This document shows positions 51,607 through 64,000 of a stretch of DNA of 64,000 nt, one piece after another (position 1 is the stretch's first letter; every line of letters starts with the position of its first letter). This DNA is from Malacoraja senta. Taxonomy: Eukaryota. The position numbers and the translations under genes are program-made. The stretch spans positions 3,100,001 to 3,164,000 of the forward strand of contig CM075988.1 in the NCBI GenBank assembly GCA_038087875.1, read 5' to 3'. The notes below the pieces were generated by a model. The model ran no database searches, had not been told where the DNA came from, and saw only the letters and a list, made by a program, of their open reading frames with translations.

Positions 51607-51873
51607 ATGGCTATCTTTAAGCGATATAATGTTCCAAAGAGCAGGCTGAGGATTTACCTCCATTATCAGCCCTCCTACTACCACCTGCATGTTCATTTTA
51701 CTGCTGTTGGCTACGATGCTCCAGGCACCATGGTGGAACGTGCACATCTACTCTCCAGTGTGATAGAGAACCTGCAGTTGGAACCGGAGTACTACCAGAA
51801 ACAAACCCTGACCTTTGCCTTGAAGGCTGATGACCCCCTGCTGCAGAAGTTCAAGGAGGAAGGGAGATTATAG
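51607..51873 (+). CDS. DCPS: DCPS terminal coding exon (exon 6 equivalent), 267 bp including stop, with HIT motif
   Basis: Acceptor tttcccccacAG. Translates MAIFKRY...[17 protein letters not shown]...ERAHLL...TLTFAL...EEGRL*. HLHVH is the histidine triad. The ATG here is an internal codon, not the start. Confidence 0.97.
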   Translation: MAIFKRYNVPKSRLRIYLHYQPSYYHLHVHFTAVGYDAPGTMVERAHLLSSVIENLQLEPEYYQKQTLTFALKADDPLLQKFKEEGRL

Positions 51874-51953
51874 ATGAGGGTTTTTTTTCGTGTGTAATTG
51901 ATCCATGCAGTTTACGCTTTGAGCCGATGTGACTCAGGCTTTACAGTTTTATA

Positions 51954-51959
51954 AATAAA
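51954..51959 (+). promoter_or_regulatory. Candidate DCPS polyadenylation signal AATAAA (a second at 52050-52055)
   Basis: First AATAAA hexamers after the stop codon. The true 3' end cannot be determined from sequence alone. Confidence 0.3.
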
Positions 51960-54900
51960 GGACACAAATCACATTTGAGCAAGCAAAATCTTGCCCTGAC
52001 CTGCATTTGCTCAGAACAGAGACAAAATATTGCTGTGAGAACAGATCAGAATAAATGCTAAAGCTATGCCATTCAAATGTTACTTGCCTAACATTGGATG
52101 TAACAAATAGTAAAAATCCCCAAATGTCGTTTGACAAAAAGGCGATCTTGTCCCATCAACACAGTTAGATTCGGTCTGCTCGTGAACCTAGTTTTTCCTG
52201 CTAAATGTGGCAGGGGTCATGTCTGAGAGTGGACAGAGTTATGCAGTCACTATCAAACAAACGCAAAGCCTCGTCAAGAGTCTGATCAGAGCAGGCAGCA
52301 ACATTTAGAAGACTTTGTTCTCAGCAGGCAAGGGGTCAGGCTGGGTGACAAATTGTTCAATGGACCATCTGTCTCATCAATTCATGCTAATTCACCCAGC
52401 TCTGTGCCTATGTGTTTGTTTGTTCCCACTTTCATAATTCAGCTGTAAGTTTTCAAAATGAAGGGTTTATGGTGCTAGTTGCAGCAAAACCCATTAATTG
52501 TTTAAAAAAATACAAGTTCATTGACAATTTTGCTACAAATGCAGCAGTGACGTCTCTGTTTATGTATTTCTCCCCACTTTCTTCATGGAGGTCCGACACT
52601 TATACCCTTCAAACATTTTGATGTGTAGGCTTAATTACTAGGTGTCAGAATGCCAAAAGGGATATTGTGGTGTTCATTGTGCCCTCACACAAAGCACTTA
52701 CTGGTATCGGACTGGCATGTGGAAATGAGAGCCTGTGTTTTCCTTCCTGCTTCTTTTGCCAGTCTGCAAAACCTCGGATGCTGAGGAAGAAACCAACTAA
52801 CGTAATACAAAGCAAGGGCTGCACATAAAACTGACACGCAGGAGAACAACAGGTACATGGTCAAGTCTGTTCCACACTTATGATGACCAGAGGACATCCT
52901 GCATCTTCACAAAGCCATCTCATCTTGCACTGTGTGTTTCAGTAATATCCTACAACACACAGCTCTCAACAGTGCAAACACAGCCTTATTGGGAGGTGGT
53001 CATGCAAATGTGTATGAAGGAACTGCAGATGCTGGTTTAAACCAAAGATAGACACAAATAGCTGGAGTAACTCAGCGGGACAGGCAGCATCTCTGGAGAG
53101 AAGGAATGGATTACCTTTCGGGTCGAAACCCTTCTTCAGACCATGTGAGTCTGAAGAAGATTCTCGACCGGAAAAATCACCCATTCCTTCTCTCCAGAGA
53201 TTTATGTCTATCTCTGGTGTGCAAACGTTACAGGAACTCCACATGTCTTTAATGATGTTTTTTATATAATAAAAACAAAAGTGAAAACAATAGGAGTGCT
53301 GGAGTACCTCAGCAGGTCAGGCAGCATCTCTGGAGACTGGGTCCCAACCCAAAACATCACCTATCTATGTTCTCCAGAGATGTTGCCTGACCTGTTGAGT
53401 TGCTCCTGCACTTTATGACCTTTTGTATGTTAACTAGCATTTCCAGTTCCTTGTTTCTCCCTTCTAAAGTAAAAATCAATACTCTCGACAAGAGACTGCA
53501 GAGTCTGGTTTTCAAAAAGAGACATAAAGTGCTGAAGTAACTCAGCGGGTCAGACAGCATCTCTGGAGGCATCGGATGACATTGAGGCGACGTTTCGGGT
53601 CAGGACCTTTATTCACCTGCTGATTCTGTGGCTAGGGACATACCCAACCGAAGAGGAACGTCAATGATATCCTCAAGCTTCCACGGGGGGTTAGAGGGGA
53701 GCGTGAACAGGTGGAATTTAACGCCAACGTTTTTGGAACTGCATGACGTTTAGACCCATCAACCAACGCAGGAGCTGACGGGTTCATTGATGGTATTTTA
53801 TAATCTTCCTCTTTTGATGTCCCTGCAGCTTATGAGGATCACTGCTCCTATATTCCCACTGTTTACATGATTTTATGCCACATTAAAATGTGTAATTTCT
53901 ACCTGGTCCCATGTCTCTTGCCCAGAGTAGGTTAATCGAGGACCAGAGGATATAGGTTTAAGGTGAAGGGGAAAAGATTTAATAGGAATCTGAGGGGTAA
54001 CTTTTTCACACAAAGGGTGGTGGGTGTATGGAACAAGCTGCCAGAGGAGGTAGCTGAGGCTAGGACTATACCAACATTTAAGAAACAAACAGGTACATGG
54101 ATAGGACAAGTTTGGAGGGATATGGACCACACGTGGGCAGGTGGGACTTGTGTAGCTGGGACATGTTGGCCGATGTGGGCAAATTGAGCCGAAGAGCCTG
54201 TTTCCACACTGTATCACTCTATGACCATGTATTGTGTGGTTAGGATAATTATCTATTTGTGTGGATAAATTACAGGTTTGGATATCCATGAGAATGAGCT
54301 TTTAAATTGAGAAATGTTTGTGGTTTTTATTAAAAATGTATCATGTCGGTTTTTGGTGTGAATACAGAGGTTCATCACGGGGGCCACCCGTAGCGGCGAC
54401 TGCAGAGGGCTCCGGAGGCCCTGACCACGGAGAAACATCAAAGGAAGAGGACTGACTTTGGTGCCTTCCCTCACAGTGGGAAACATTTGATTCTGCTGTG
54501 TGGGGATGTTTTATGTTGGACTCTATCGTGTGTTGTGTTCTTTATTTTATTGTATGGCTGTATGGTGACCACACATTTCACTGTGCCAACTGGCACATGT
54601 GACAAATAGATGTATCTTGTATCTTATCTTGTATCTTGTATCATCACCACTATTCTGCAGTGCTTCCAGTCTGCTGTTGACTCCACTGTAAGTAAATGGC
54701 ACAGCTAATATAAAGTTTGACCTTAAGTAGATTCTTCTTCTTCTTATCGAGTCCACACACAAGATTAGAAGTTGTTCAACCAGAGCTGAACACAATTCTC
54801 GGCATCTGGATACAATGGTGTCAGTCTTGTTGCTTCTTGTGCGTGGTGGTGGAAAGATTGGTGGAAACAGGGCCGCGACGTGAACGCTCTTTCCTTCACC

Positions 54901-55558
54901 CCACCTTAAGTAGATAGTAGTATATGTCAATTCACACTTTAATAGAGTCATAGAGACATTCAGCATGAAAATGGGCCCTTCAGCCCAACTTGCCCATGCT
55001 GACCAAGATGCCCCATGTACACTAGTCCCACCTGCCCTCGTTTGGCCCATATCCCTCTAAACCTTTCATGCTTGTCTAAATGTCATTTAAACGTTGTTAT
55101 ATAATCCCAGGACTTGAGGGTACAACTTCAATACTGTATGTGAGGTCAAGATCATTAAACTAACCACAGGCTGCATCCAAGTCAGCCATCTGGTGCACAT
55201 CCCCTTAGATGTTCTCTGTGGTTTTTGTTCATCCGCTTGTTTTGTTTGAATTGTATGGGCAGATCCTGGTGCAGATTAATCCGATTTGTTTATATCGGCA
55301 ATGAGGGAAGTTAAAATTAACCGGCATTTGTTTATATCTCCAGGTCTCTGTGATAGAGGCATAAGGAACAGATAGAGTTAGAAAATTTATTGTTTCTTAA
55401 CTCTTCATCAAAATACCCACACTGCAATCTGGAAAGAGCACACTGATAATAAACTATCTTTTGCAATCTAAACATTCTACAGGAGGATGCCCAACGCCCA
55501 AATATATAATTAAACATACCTGCGTGTGATGCATAAGCAAGATAGTTTGTTCCATGAC

Positions 55559-56510
55559 CAAGCACGTGCCGTGAGTAATTACTCAGGGTAGGCAGTCAGT
55601 CGGCTTTAAAAAAATCATTAAACTGTGCATGCGCAGATTATTCTCCTCTCCGTAAGCTGTCAGTCGACTTTTATAAAGTAATTTGTCTTCAAAGGCCATA
55701 TCTCTTAATAAAGTACCATATTTCCCGGCCACCCCCATTTTGAGTTGCTAAATTTTGAAAAAAGGCTGGTGGGACATAAAATTTCTATCGCTCAATAAAA
55801 TAAAAATAAAAATAAAGAAAGTAACAATTCAATTTGCCCAAGGCTTCCAAATCTCCATTCCGAATGGGTGGAGGGTGAGCAGGTGGAGAGATGGTGGGAA
55901 AAACGGGAGCACACCAGGACAGGTTGAATCAATTGTGATCTTATTGAATGACAATACTAGTTCAAGGGACCAATTGGGGGGAGAGTTACTTTCACAGTGT
56001 GTGGGGAGTCTGGCCCAGGTCAGCATGGGCAGGAGCGTTGAGAAGGAGGGGGTCGAGGAGCATGCCAGCAACTCACTCATTCACCGCTGCCGCGGCACTC
56101 CGGGCACGGAGCCACCACATTGTGGCGTGGGAGGGAAGTAGCTTGGGTGGCTGCGAGCGGCCGCCGGGACCTCAGCGCTTTCTGCCGGCCCGCTCACCTC
56201 TGGCAGTGCTCTCCGTCTGAACACCTTTCCTGCCGCTCGCCGGCCTCGCTCATGTCAGCCGCTTCCCACAAATCCTTAAATTCCTACTGCTGCCAGGAGC
56301 AGGACATGGCCTCACTTGCTGCGCTGGGCGACACTGCATGGCATTCACTGCCCGGTCCGTGTCTTTCAAAATACCCAAGTGAGGGGACCAGCTCAAGAGC
56401 GGGTCAGCGGGCGATGGATAACAGGACAGCGGGCGGTGGTGCTTACTCCTGTGTCAACGTGATCAAGGGACCAATTGAGGTTCCTCGCGATGACACAGGA
56501 GTAAGCTCAA
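55559..56510. mobile_element. Partial, inverted second copy of the 41833-43521 element family
   Basis: Begins caagcacgtgccgtgagtaattactcagggtaggcag (reverse complement of ~43485-43521). It shares the internal GC-rich blocks. Confidence 0.82.
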
Positions 56511-57609
56511 CATTACCCCTACCTCCTTTGTGACTGTATTGAGACCTTGGAGCTTCATAGCTTTGGGGCAGGTAAGGTAATGCATCAAATGAAAAAAGGC
56601 ACCTCTGTCAGTGTAGTTCTAGATCAGCTTAAATTATATTGTTGGGTCGCTACACGTGAAACGCCATGATTTACACCCGGTTGTAGCGGACAATCGGCAA
56701 TAACGGACACCATTATACCGAGGGTTTACTGTATTTATGACTCTTCCAGATTACTGGGTCTTGCTCCCCTTTCTAGGTGAGGCATGAACTGGAGTTACTG
56801 GAATCGCCATGGACCACCTCTCTCACTGCCATGGACTTGTTTGCAAATTGGGTATATCTTTGCACTAAGGTCTTGTTTATTGCCGTCTTTTTCATTTCGT
56901 TTTGTGTAGAATGTGTAATTTATATATAATTTAATGATTTGTCTGTTGCCTGCATCTATTATGTTGCTGCAAACAAGATCTTCATTGTACATGCACCTCA
57001 CTGTATATGTGGCAATAAATTTGACTTGACTTGACTTGACAAATGCAATGTTGGCCTTCACTGCATACAGGATGCCTCATATAACTGCAGGGCTTTGGTG
57101 AGACTACAACTGGAGTTTGTGTACAATTTTGGTTTGCTGATGAAAAATTGTACTTATTATGAAGAGAGTGCAAGTGCAAGTTACCAGATAACTGAGTAGG
57201 TAGACAAGGTTTTACACGCATTGCAGTTTGGAAAATTGAGAGGGAATCAAACTGAAACGCACAAAGTTCTGACAGGACTTTGAAAACTGGATGCAAGAAG
57301 AGTTTGTTTAGTTTAGAGATACAGAGCAGAAACTGGCTCATTAGCCCGCCACTGATCCCCGCACATTAACATTGTCCTACACATTAGGGACATTTTACAT
57401 TTACACCAAGCCAATTAACCTACAAAACTGTAGGTATTTGGAGTGTGGGAGGAAACCGAAGATCTCGGAGAAAACCCACGCTGGTCACGGGGAGAACGTA
57501 TAAACTCCACACAGACTAGCTCCCTTAGGCAGGATTGAACCTGGGTCTCTTGGCACTGTTTGGCAGTAAGCCACCATGCCGCCGTGTTCTGCTGGCTAGC
57601 AGTTCTCCA

Positions 57610-58700
57610 ACAAGGCAAAAGGGTTGATGAGGGCAGAGCTGTAGATGTTGTGTACATGGACTTCATTAAGGCGTTCGACAAGGTTCCACATGGTAGGCTG
57701 CTCTGCAAGGTAAGATTGCATGGAATCCAGGGAGAGATAGCTGAATGGATAGTAAATTGGCTCCATGGAAGGAATCAGGGGGTGATGGTGAAAGAAAGGT
57801 TGCTTCTTAGTGGTGTGACTTGTGGTGTGCAATGATTTGGATGAGAACATCCAGGGTAAGATTAGCAAGTTTGTTGATACAAAAGTTAGTGCATTTGCAG
57901 ATAGTGAAGATGGTTGTGAAAGATTGCAGCAGGATTTGGATCAATTGGCCAGGTGGGTGGAGGAATGGTTGATGGAATTTAATACAGAGAAGTGTGAGGT
58001 GTTGCATTTTGGGACGTGGAACAAGGGAAGGACCTACACAGTGAATGGTAGGCTTCTGGGTGGTGTTGTAGAGCAGAGAGATCTAGGAGTACAAGTGCAT
58101 GGTTTGTTGAAGGTCGAGTCACAGGTGGGTAAGGTGGTCAAAAAGGCTTTTGGCACTTTGGCCTTTATCAGTCAGAGTATTGAGTATAGAAGTTCGGAGG
58201 TCATGTTGCAGTTGTGTAAGAAGTTGGTGAGAATATTGTGTTCAGTTCTGGGCACCATGTTATAGGAAAGATATTGTCAAGCTTGAAAGGGTTCAGAAAA
58301 GATTTACGAGGATGTTGCCAGGATTAGAGGGTGGGAGCTATAGGGAGAGGTTGAGTAGGCTGGGTCTCTATTCCATGGAGCGCAGGAGGATGAGGGGAGA
58401 TCTTATAGAGGTGTACAAAATCATGAGAGGAATAGATCGGGTAGATGCTCAGTCTCTTGCCCAGAGAGGGGGAATCGAGGACCAGAGGACAGAGGTTCAA
58501 GGTGAAGGGGAACATATTTAATAGGAATCCGAGGGGTAACATTTTCACACAAAAGGTGGTGGGTGTATGGAACAAGCTGCCAGAGGAAGTTGTTGAAGCT
58601 GGGACAATCCCATAGTTTAAGAAACAGTTAGACAGGTACATGGACAGGACAGGTTTGGAGGGATATGGACCAAGCGCAGGCAAGTGGGACTAGTGAGCTG
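57610..58700 (+). mobile_element. CR1 LINE fragment
   Basis: VDVVYMDF.KAFDKVPH, LQQDLD.L..W and KCEVLHFG motifs. Confidence 0.9.
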
Positions 58701-59194
58701 GGACATTGTTGCCGGTGTGGGCAAGTTGAGCCGAAGGGCCTGTTTCCACACTGTATCACTCTACGATTCTATGAAGGAATTTCAGTGTCAGGATACTGGG
58801 TAAGAGTTTTAGGACGGCAATGTCTTCACTCAGAGGGTGGTAAACCTGTGGAATTCCTCAACACAGTAACGCCAAGTCACTGCATGTTTTTTAAGGAGAA
58901 GCTCGATGGTTTTCTAGATGCAAATTTCATCAGGAATGCAAAAATGAGATACATGAACGATAGAGCAGGCCCAAACTAAACTATGAACTACAGAAGAGTC
59001 TTAGTTGCACTAAGGACTTTGAGCTTTTGCTTTGCACTAATATTGTTCTTTTAAATTTATTAAACGTTCTTTTATTTATTATGTTATCTATGAGTAGTGT
59101 GTTTATAGACCTGTAATGCTGCTGCATTAAGCATTTAATTCTCCTGTTTTTGATACATATGACTATTAAACACTCTAGGCTCTAGAAGTTCAAT

Positions 59195-60600
59195 GGTATT
59201 GGGGGTACAGTGCTGACGGATAGAGAAGTGGTTGGCAGACAGGAAACAAAGAGTAGGGATTAATGGGTCCCTTTCAGAATGGCAGGCAGTGACTAGTGGG
59301 ATACCGCAAAGCTCGGTGCTGGGAACGCAGCTATTTACAATATACATCAATGATTTGGATGAAGGGATTCAAAGTAACATTAGCAAATTTGCAGATGACA
59401 CAAAGCTGGGTGGCAGTGTGAACTGTGAGGAGGATGCTATGAGAATGCAGGGTGACTTGGACAGGTTGGGGGATTGGGCAGATGCATGGCAGATGAAGTT
59501 TAATGCGGATAAATGTGAGGTTATCCACTTTGGTAGCAAAAACAGGAAGGCAGATTACTATCTAAATGGCGTCATGTCGGGAAAAGGGGAAATACACCGG
59601 GATCTGGGGGTCCTTGTACATCAGTCTATGAAAGTAAGCATGCAGATACAGCAGGCAGTGAAGAAAGCAAATGGCATATTGGCCTTTATAACAAGAGGAA
59701 TCGAATATAGGAGCAAAGAGGTCCTTCTGCAGTTGTACAGAGCCCTAGTGAGACCACACCTGGAGTATTGTGTGCAGTTTTGGTCCCCTAATTTGAGGAA
59801 GGACATTCTTGCTATTGAGGGAGTGCAGCGTAGGTTTACAAGGTTAATTCCCGGGATGGCGGGACTGTCATATGCTGAGAGAATGGAGCAGCTGGGCTTG
59901 TACACTCTGGAGTTTAGAAGGATGAGAGGTGATCTCATTGAAACATATAAGATTTGTTGAGGGCTTGGACACGCTAGAGGCAGGAAACATGTTCCCGATG
60001 TTGGGGGAGTCCATAACCAGGGGCCACAGTTTAAGAATAAGGAGTAAGCCATTTAGAACGGAGACGAGGAAACACTTTTTCTCACAGAGAGTGATAAGTC
60101 TGTAGAATTCTCTGCCTCAGAGGGCGGTGGAGGCAGGTTCTCTGGATGCTTTCAAATTGTGACTGAAACTCGAATTAAGGATTAGATGAAAAGTTATATT
60201 TTAAAATGTACGAATATATCTCCAACGTTGTACTTTTAGTAATTTATTCCATTCTTCTTTATCATCCCTTTTTCTTTTTCTGTTATTCTCTTATTTTCTA
60301 CCTATATAACAAAAAAATACTAGAGGCAGAGTGAATATCAATCGATAATATTAGTAATGTAGGAATGATATACATGAAATGTTTTCAATATGATATGTAC
60401 CTGCCTCTAATAAAAATATAATTAAAAAAAAAAAAAAAGAGAGAACTAGATAGGGCTCTTAAAAATAGCAGAGTCAGGGGATATGGGGAGAAGGCAGGAA
60501 TGGGGTAATGATTGGGGATGATCTGCCATGATCACATTGAATGGCGGTGCTGGCTCGAAGGGCCGAATGGCCTACTGCACCTATTGTCTATTGTCTATTC
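59195..60600 (+). mobile_element. CR1 LINE 3' portion (242-aa RT ORF) with a poly(A)-tailed insert at ~60157-60438
   Basis: SGIPQSSVLG, FTIYINDL, FADDTKL and RPHLEYCVQFWSP motifs. 3' tail ctattgtctattgtctat. Confidence 0.92.
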
Positions 60601-61489
60601 AAAGGCGAAATGAAGAAGGGTTTCGGCCCGAAACGATGCCTATTTCCTTCACACCATAGATGCTGCCACACCCGCTGAGTTTCTCCAGCACCTTCGATTT
60701 TCCAGCATCTGCAGTTCCTTCTTAAACACTACATCTATTATTCTGGTTCCTAATAATTAGAGCTATTTCTTCACCTCCTTGTTCATTCTGAATGTTGTAT
60801 ACTTTTCAATATTTGATTGATTGATTGAATGGTACAGTATGGAAACAGGCTCTTCGGCCCACTGAGTCCAGACCAACTTCTTATTCAAACTCGTTCTATG
60901 TTATCCCACTTTGGCATCCCCTTCCTACACACCAGGGGCAATTTACAGTGACCAATTAATCTACAAACCCACATGTCTTTGGGATGTGGGAGGAAACCAG
61001 AACACCCGGAGCATAGGGAGAAGGTACAAACTCTACACTGACAGCACCTGTGGTCAGGATTGAACCTGGTTCTCCAGAGCTGTGAGGCAGCAGCACTACC
61101 AGCTGCACCTGTGCCGCTTCTAATTTAAGTCACAAACAGCGTCACTGCATCCACGTCTCTGTCATGGCCATCTGATCATATCGACTGCACTCATGTTTAG
61201 TTTAGTTTAGAGATACAGCGCGGAAACAGGCCCTTCGGCCCACCAAGCCCGCATCGACCAGCGATCCCCCCACTATTGTCTATTTACACCATCCTACACA
61301 CACTAAGGACAATTTACAATCGTGGGGTGGTGGGGTCAACAACGTGGAAGCGTGTACGTAGAGTTAACGGGAAAGAGAGTGTCGGAAAGGTCACGGAATC
61401 CTCAAGAAATAACCAGACAGAAAGTTGAAAAGGGGGGGAAGAGGAAGGTCGGATAAAATCGGGATGGTTGCGAGAGGAGGGGTGGTCAA

Positions 61490-61791
61490 CACAGAATTGA
61501 ATGTTATATTTGAATGTACGTAGCACAAGGAACAAAGTGGATGAGCTTGTAGCACAGTTGTAAACTGGCAGGTATGTTGTTGGCATTATGGAGACGTGGC
61601 TGCAAGATGATCGGAGCTGGGAGCTGAATATTCAAGGCTACACATGCTATCGCAAGGACAGACCGGTGATCAGAGGGGATGGGGTAGCACTGCTGGTGAG
61701 GAGTAAAATTCAGTCCTTAGCAAATGGTGACATAGGATCAGAAGATGTAGAGTCCCTGTGGGTAGAGTTGAAAAAAAGCAAGGGTAAATAA
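61490..61791 (+). mobile_element. CR1 ORF2 N-terminal APE endonuclease fragment
   Basis: YLNVRS.RNKVDEL, ETWL...W..NIQGY..YRKDR and GVALLV motifs. Confidence 0.8.
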
Positions 61792-62900
61792 TGGGAGTTC
61801 ATGAGAAGGGGACTCTCTTCTTTTCAAGAACTACAGGAGAAATATCACTTGAATGCCAACAATTTTTTTAGATACCTTCAAATCCGAGATTATGTGAAAA
61901 CATAAACACAAGACTATCCTCTTATAGGTCCAGATATATTAGACGATTGTTTGAATAGACATGCCGATACAAGTAAGTTGATATCTTACATTTATAACAC
62001 TCTTCTAAATATTGAACCCCACCCTCTGAGATTTATAGGCGAGCATGGGAGGACGAGCTGGGTTTATCCATTTCGAAAGATATATGGGAGGAAAGCCTAC
62101 TATACATACACTACTGTTCTTTAAATGGCAGGCATTGCCTGATACAATTTAAAGTATTGCATAGGTTATACTACTCGAAGACCAAATTGAACAAGATCTT
62201 CCTAATTGTCTCTCCTCTCTGTGATAAATGTCACTTCCAAGAAGCCACCCTAACTCATTCTTTTGTACCCTGTATAAAAATACAAAACTTCTGGACGGGA
62301 ATATTCAATATAATTTCTAAAACACTCAAAATTCAATTGGAGTCAGACTCAAAATTAATATTATTTGGAATGTCAGAGGGCTGTCCTAAGTTAACGATAT
62401 CCCAAAGACGCTTCCTTGACTATGGTTTAATAACTGCGAAAAAACATATACTTAAATTCTGGAAAAAGATAACAGTCCCCACAGTGAAGATATGGATTAC
62501 AGAAATGACAGAGACACTACATTTAGAAAAAATAAGGCTTGTTTTGACTGACAAACCAGATCAATTTTCCAAAATATGGTCTCCTTTCATTGAATTTCTT
62601 CAACAACATAATAGTTGAACACAAATTCAAAACCGACGCTAGGGTCGGGTGAGCGGGCGTAGGGAAGGGTAGTGGGATATATCTCCGCTTTTTTCACTTC
62701 GTTAGTTCAGGGGGTTTTCTTTTTTCTCTTTCGTGTCTTTTTCGAAATTCTTTTCTTTTTCTTTACTTCTTCCTTTCCCTTTTTTCCTTTTTTCTCTTTT
62801 CCAATTTAGTTATTGGTTTATAAACTGTTAAATTGTAAAATGAAAATTGTATAACCGTTATGTCGATTACTTTCTCCTTGTACAATTGCTTCTAATAAGG
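61792..62900 (+). mobile_element. L1/Tx1-clade LINE ORF2 C-terminal fragment plus T-rich 3' UTR
   Basis: QFKVLHRLYYS...CDKC...THSF..C..I..FW zinc-binding motif, ending F.KIWSPFI. Confidence 0.85.
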
Positions 62901-64000
62901 ATGAATGATGATTGCGAGCACCCACCGATCTGGGTATATATGGAAAAGGCGAGTTCATGTCCCCCTTTCTATAACATCTGTGGGTGCAGGCCCAATTGTA
63001 TCCCTCTCGCTCAAGATATGGAGTCAATTACGAAAAACCTTGGTTTACAGGGTCCTTCCATCTTGACCCCACTGCTTAAAAATCACATTTTTAAACCTTC
63101 AAGTATAGACCACGTATTTAAAACTTGGCATAGCAATGGCATCAGTAGTATTAAAAACCTATACAAGGATGGCATCTTCTCATCTTTCGCGGAGCTCTCG
63201 TCTAACTACAACCTCCCAAACTCCCACCTTTTTCGGTTTTTCCAGATAAGGGATTTTGTGAAGAAGACATTTCCCTACTTCCCAAATCGCCCTCCTGAAA
63301 CCCTGACTGATATCATCTTAGCTTTAGACCCCAATCGGAAGAAATGCATCTCTATTTTGTATAATTTGCTAGGGTCGGTTTTATTGAAACCTCATACCTC
63401 ATTAAAAGCTGCGTGGGAGGAAGAGCTGAATACGAAATTAACAGACCAGCAATGGGACTCTGCCTTGGATTTGATCCACTCTTCCTCCATATGCGCTCGT
63501 CATGGCCTAATCCAATGCAAAGTCCTTTACAAAGTCCACTATACAAATGCAAGATTAGCTAGAATGTACCCAGCTGTTAATGACACCTGTAACAGATGTA
63601 GTCAATCTCCTGCCAACCATAGCCATATGTTTTGGTCTTGCCCTAAGCTAGCAGCCTTTTGGAGGAGTGCTTTCGAATTGATAAGCAGAGCTTACGACCA
63701 GACTATTCTTCCAAATCCAATGTCAGCCATTTTCGGAACCCCTCCCAAAACCTCTCTGTTGCGGTGAAACGGGTCCTAGCTTTTACAACCTTGTTAGCCC
63801 GGAGACTGATCTTGCTTAGTTGGAGGCTTACCTGTCCCCCGACACACGCCCGTTGGATTAAGGAGGTGATTTACAATCTGAAACTTGAAAAACTTAGGTT
63901 CTCTCTCAAAGGCTCTACCAAGACATTCCTAGATACATGGAACCCTTTCTTTGAACTGGTTAACTCTCTTACCTTGTCCCCGGACTCGGAAGAGGACTGA
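62901..64000 (+). mobile_element. Second L1/Tx1-clade LINE ORF2 C-terminal fragment
   Basis: FKTW..NGI, HLFRFFQIRDF, AWEEEL, QCKVLY, CNRC....HSHMFWSCP and TWNPF motifs. Frameshift near 63760. Confidence 0.88.

Noticed and set aside
51607..51873. Stand-alone 88-aa HIT gene starting at ATG 51607
   Set aside because: The ATG directly follows a splice acceptor and continues the frame of the upstream exon. It is the last DCPS exon.
56660..56734. pogo/Tigger-like terminus (...ataccgagggtttactg TA); similar hint at ~43770-44120
   Set aside because: A single short end without a partner TIR or coding remnant.

Overview
Eukaryotic, repeat-dense vertebrate genomic DNA, most likely a cartilaginous fish (inferred from HE1/V-SINE-like tRNA SINEs and abundant CR1, Rex1 and Penelope repeats). 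The only host gene I can support is DCPS (m7GpppX scavenger decapping enzyme, HIT family) on the + strand. Its last four coding exons (146, 114, 111 and 267 bp, all with canonical AG/GT boundaries) lie between 34248 and 51873. I found no exons 1-2, so the first ~34 kb is probably one large intron. The rest is layered mobile DNA: a Gypsy LTR retrotransposon nested inside a related Gypsy element (11400-18314), hAT-type elements (one with a CGGBP1-like transposase relic, one with an unusual 5-bp TSD, one built from nested hairpins), a Harbinger deletion derivative, two adjacent Tc1 relics, a Penelope fragment, CR1/Rex1/L1-clade LINE fragments, SINEs and a minisatellite. The most interesting hidden signal is the abundant ~100-200 bp Penelope-derived repeat. 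It carries a minimal hammerhead-ribozyme core (CTGAAGA-stem-GAAACGT[C/T]) and often inserts as a fold-back hairpin with 9-16 bp TSDs. I see no evidence of a novel multi-gene system.
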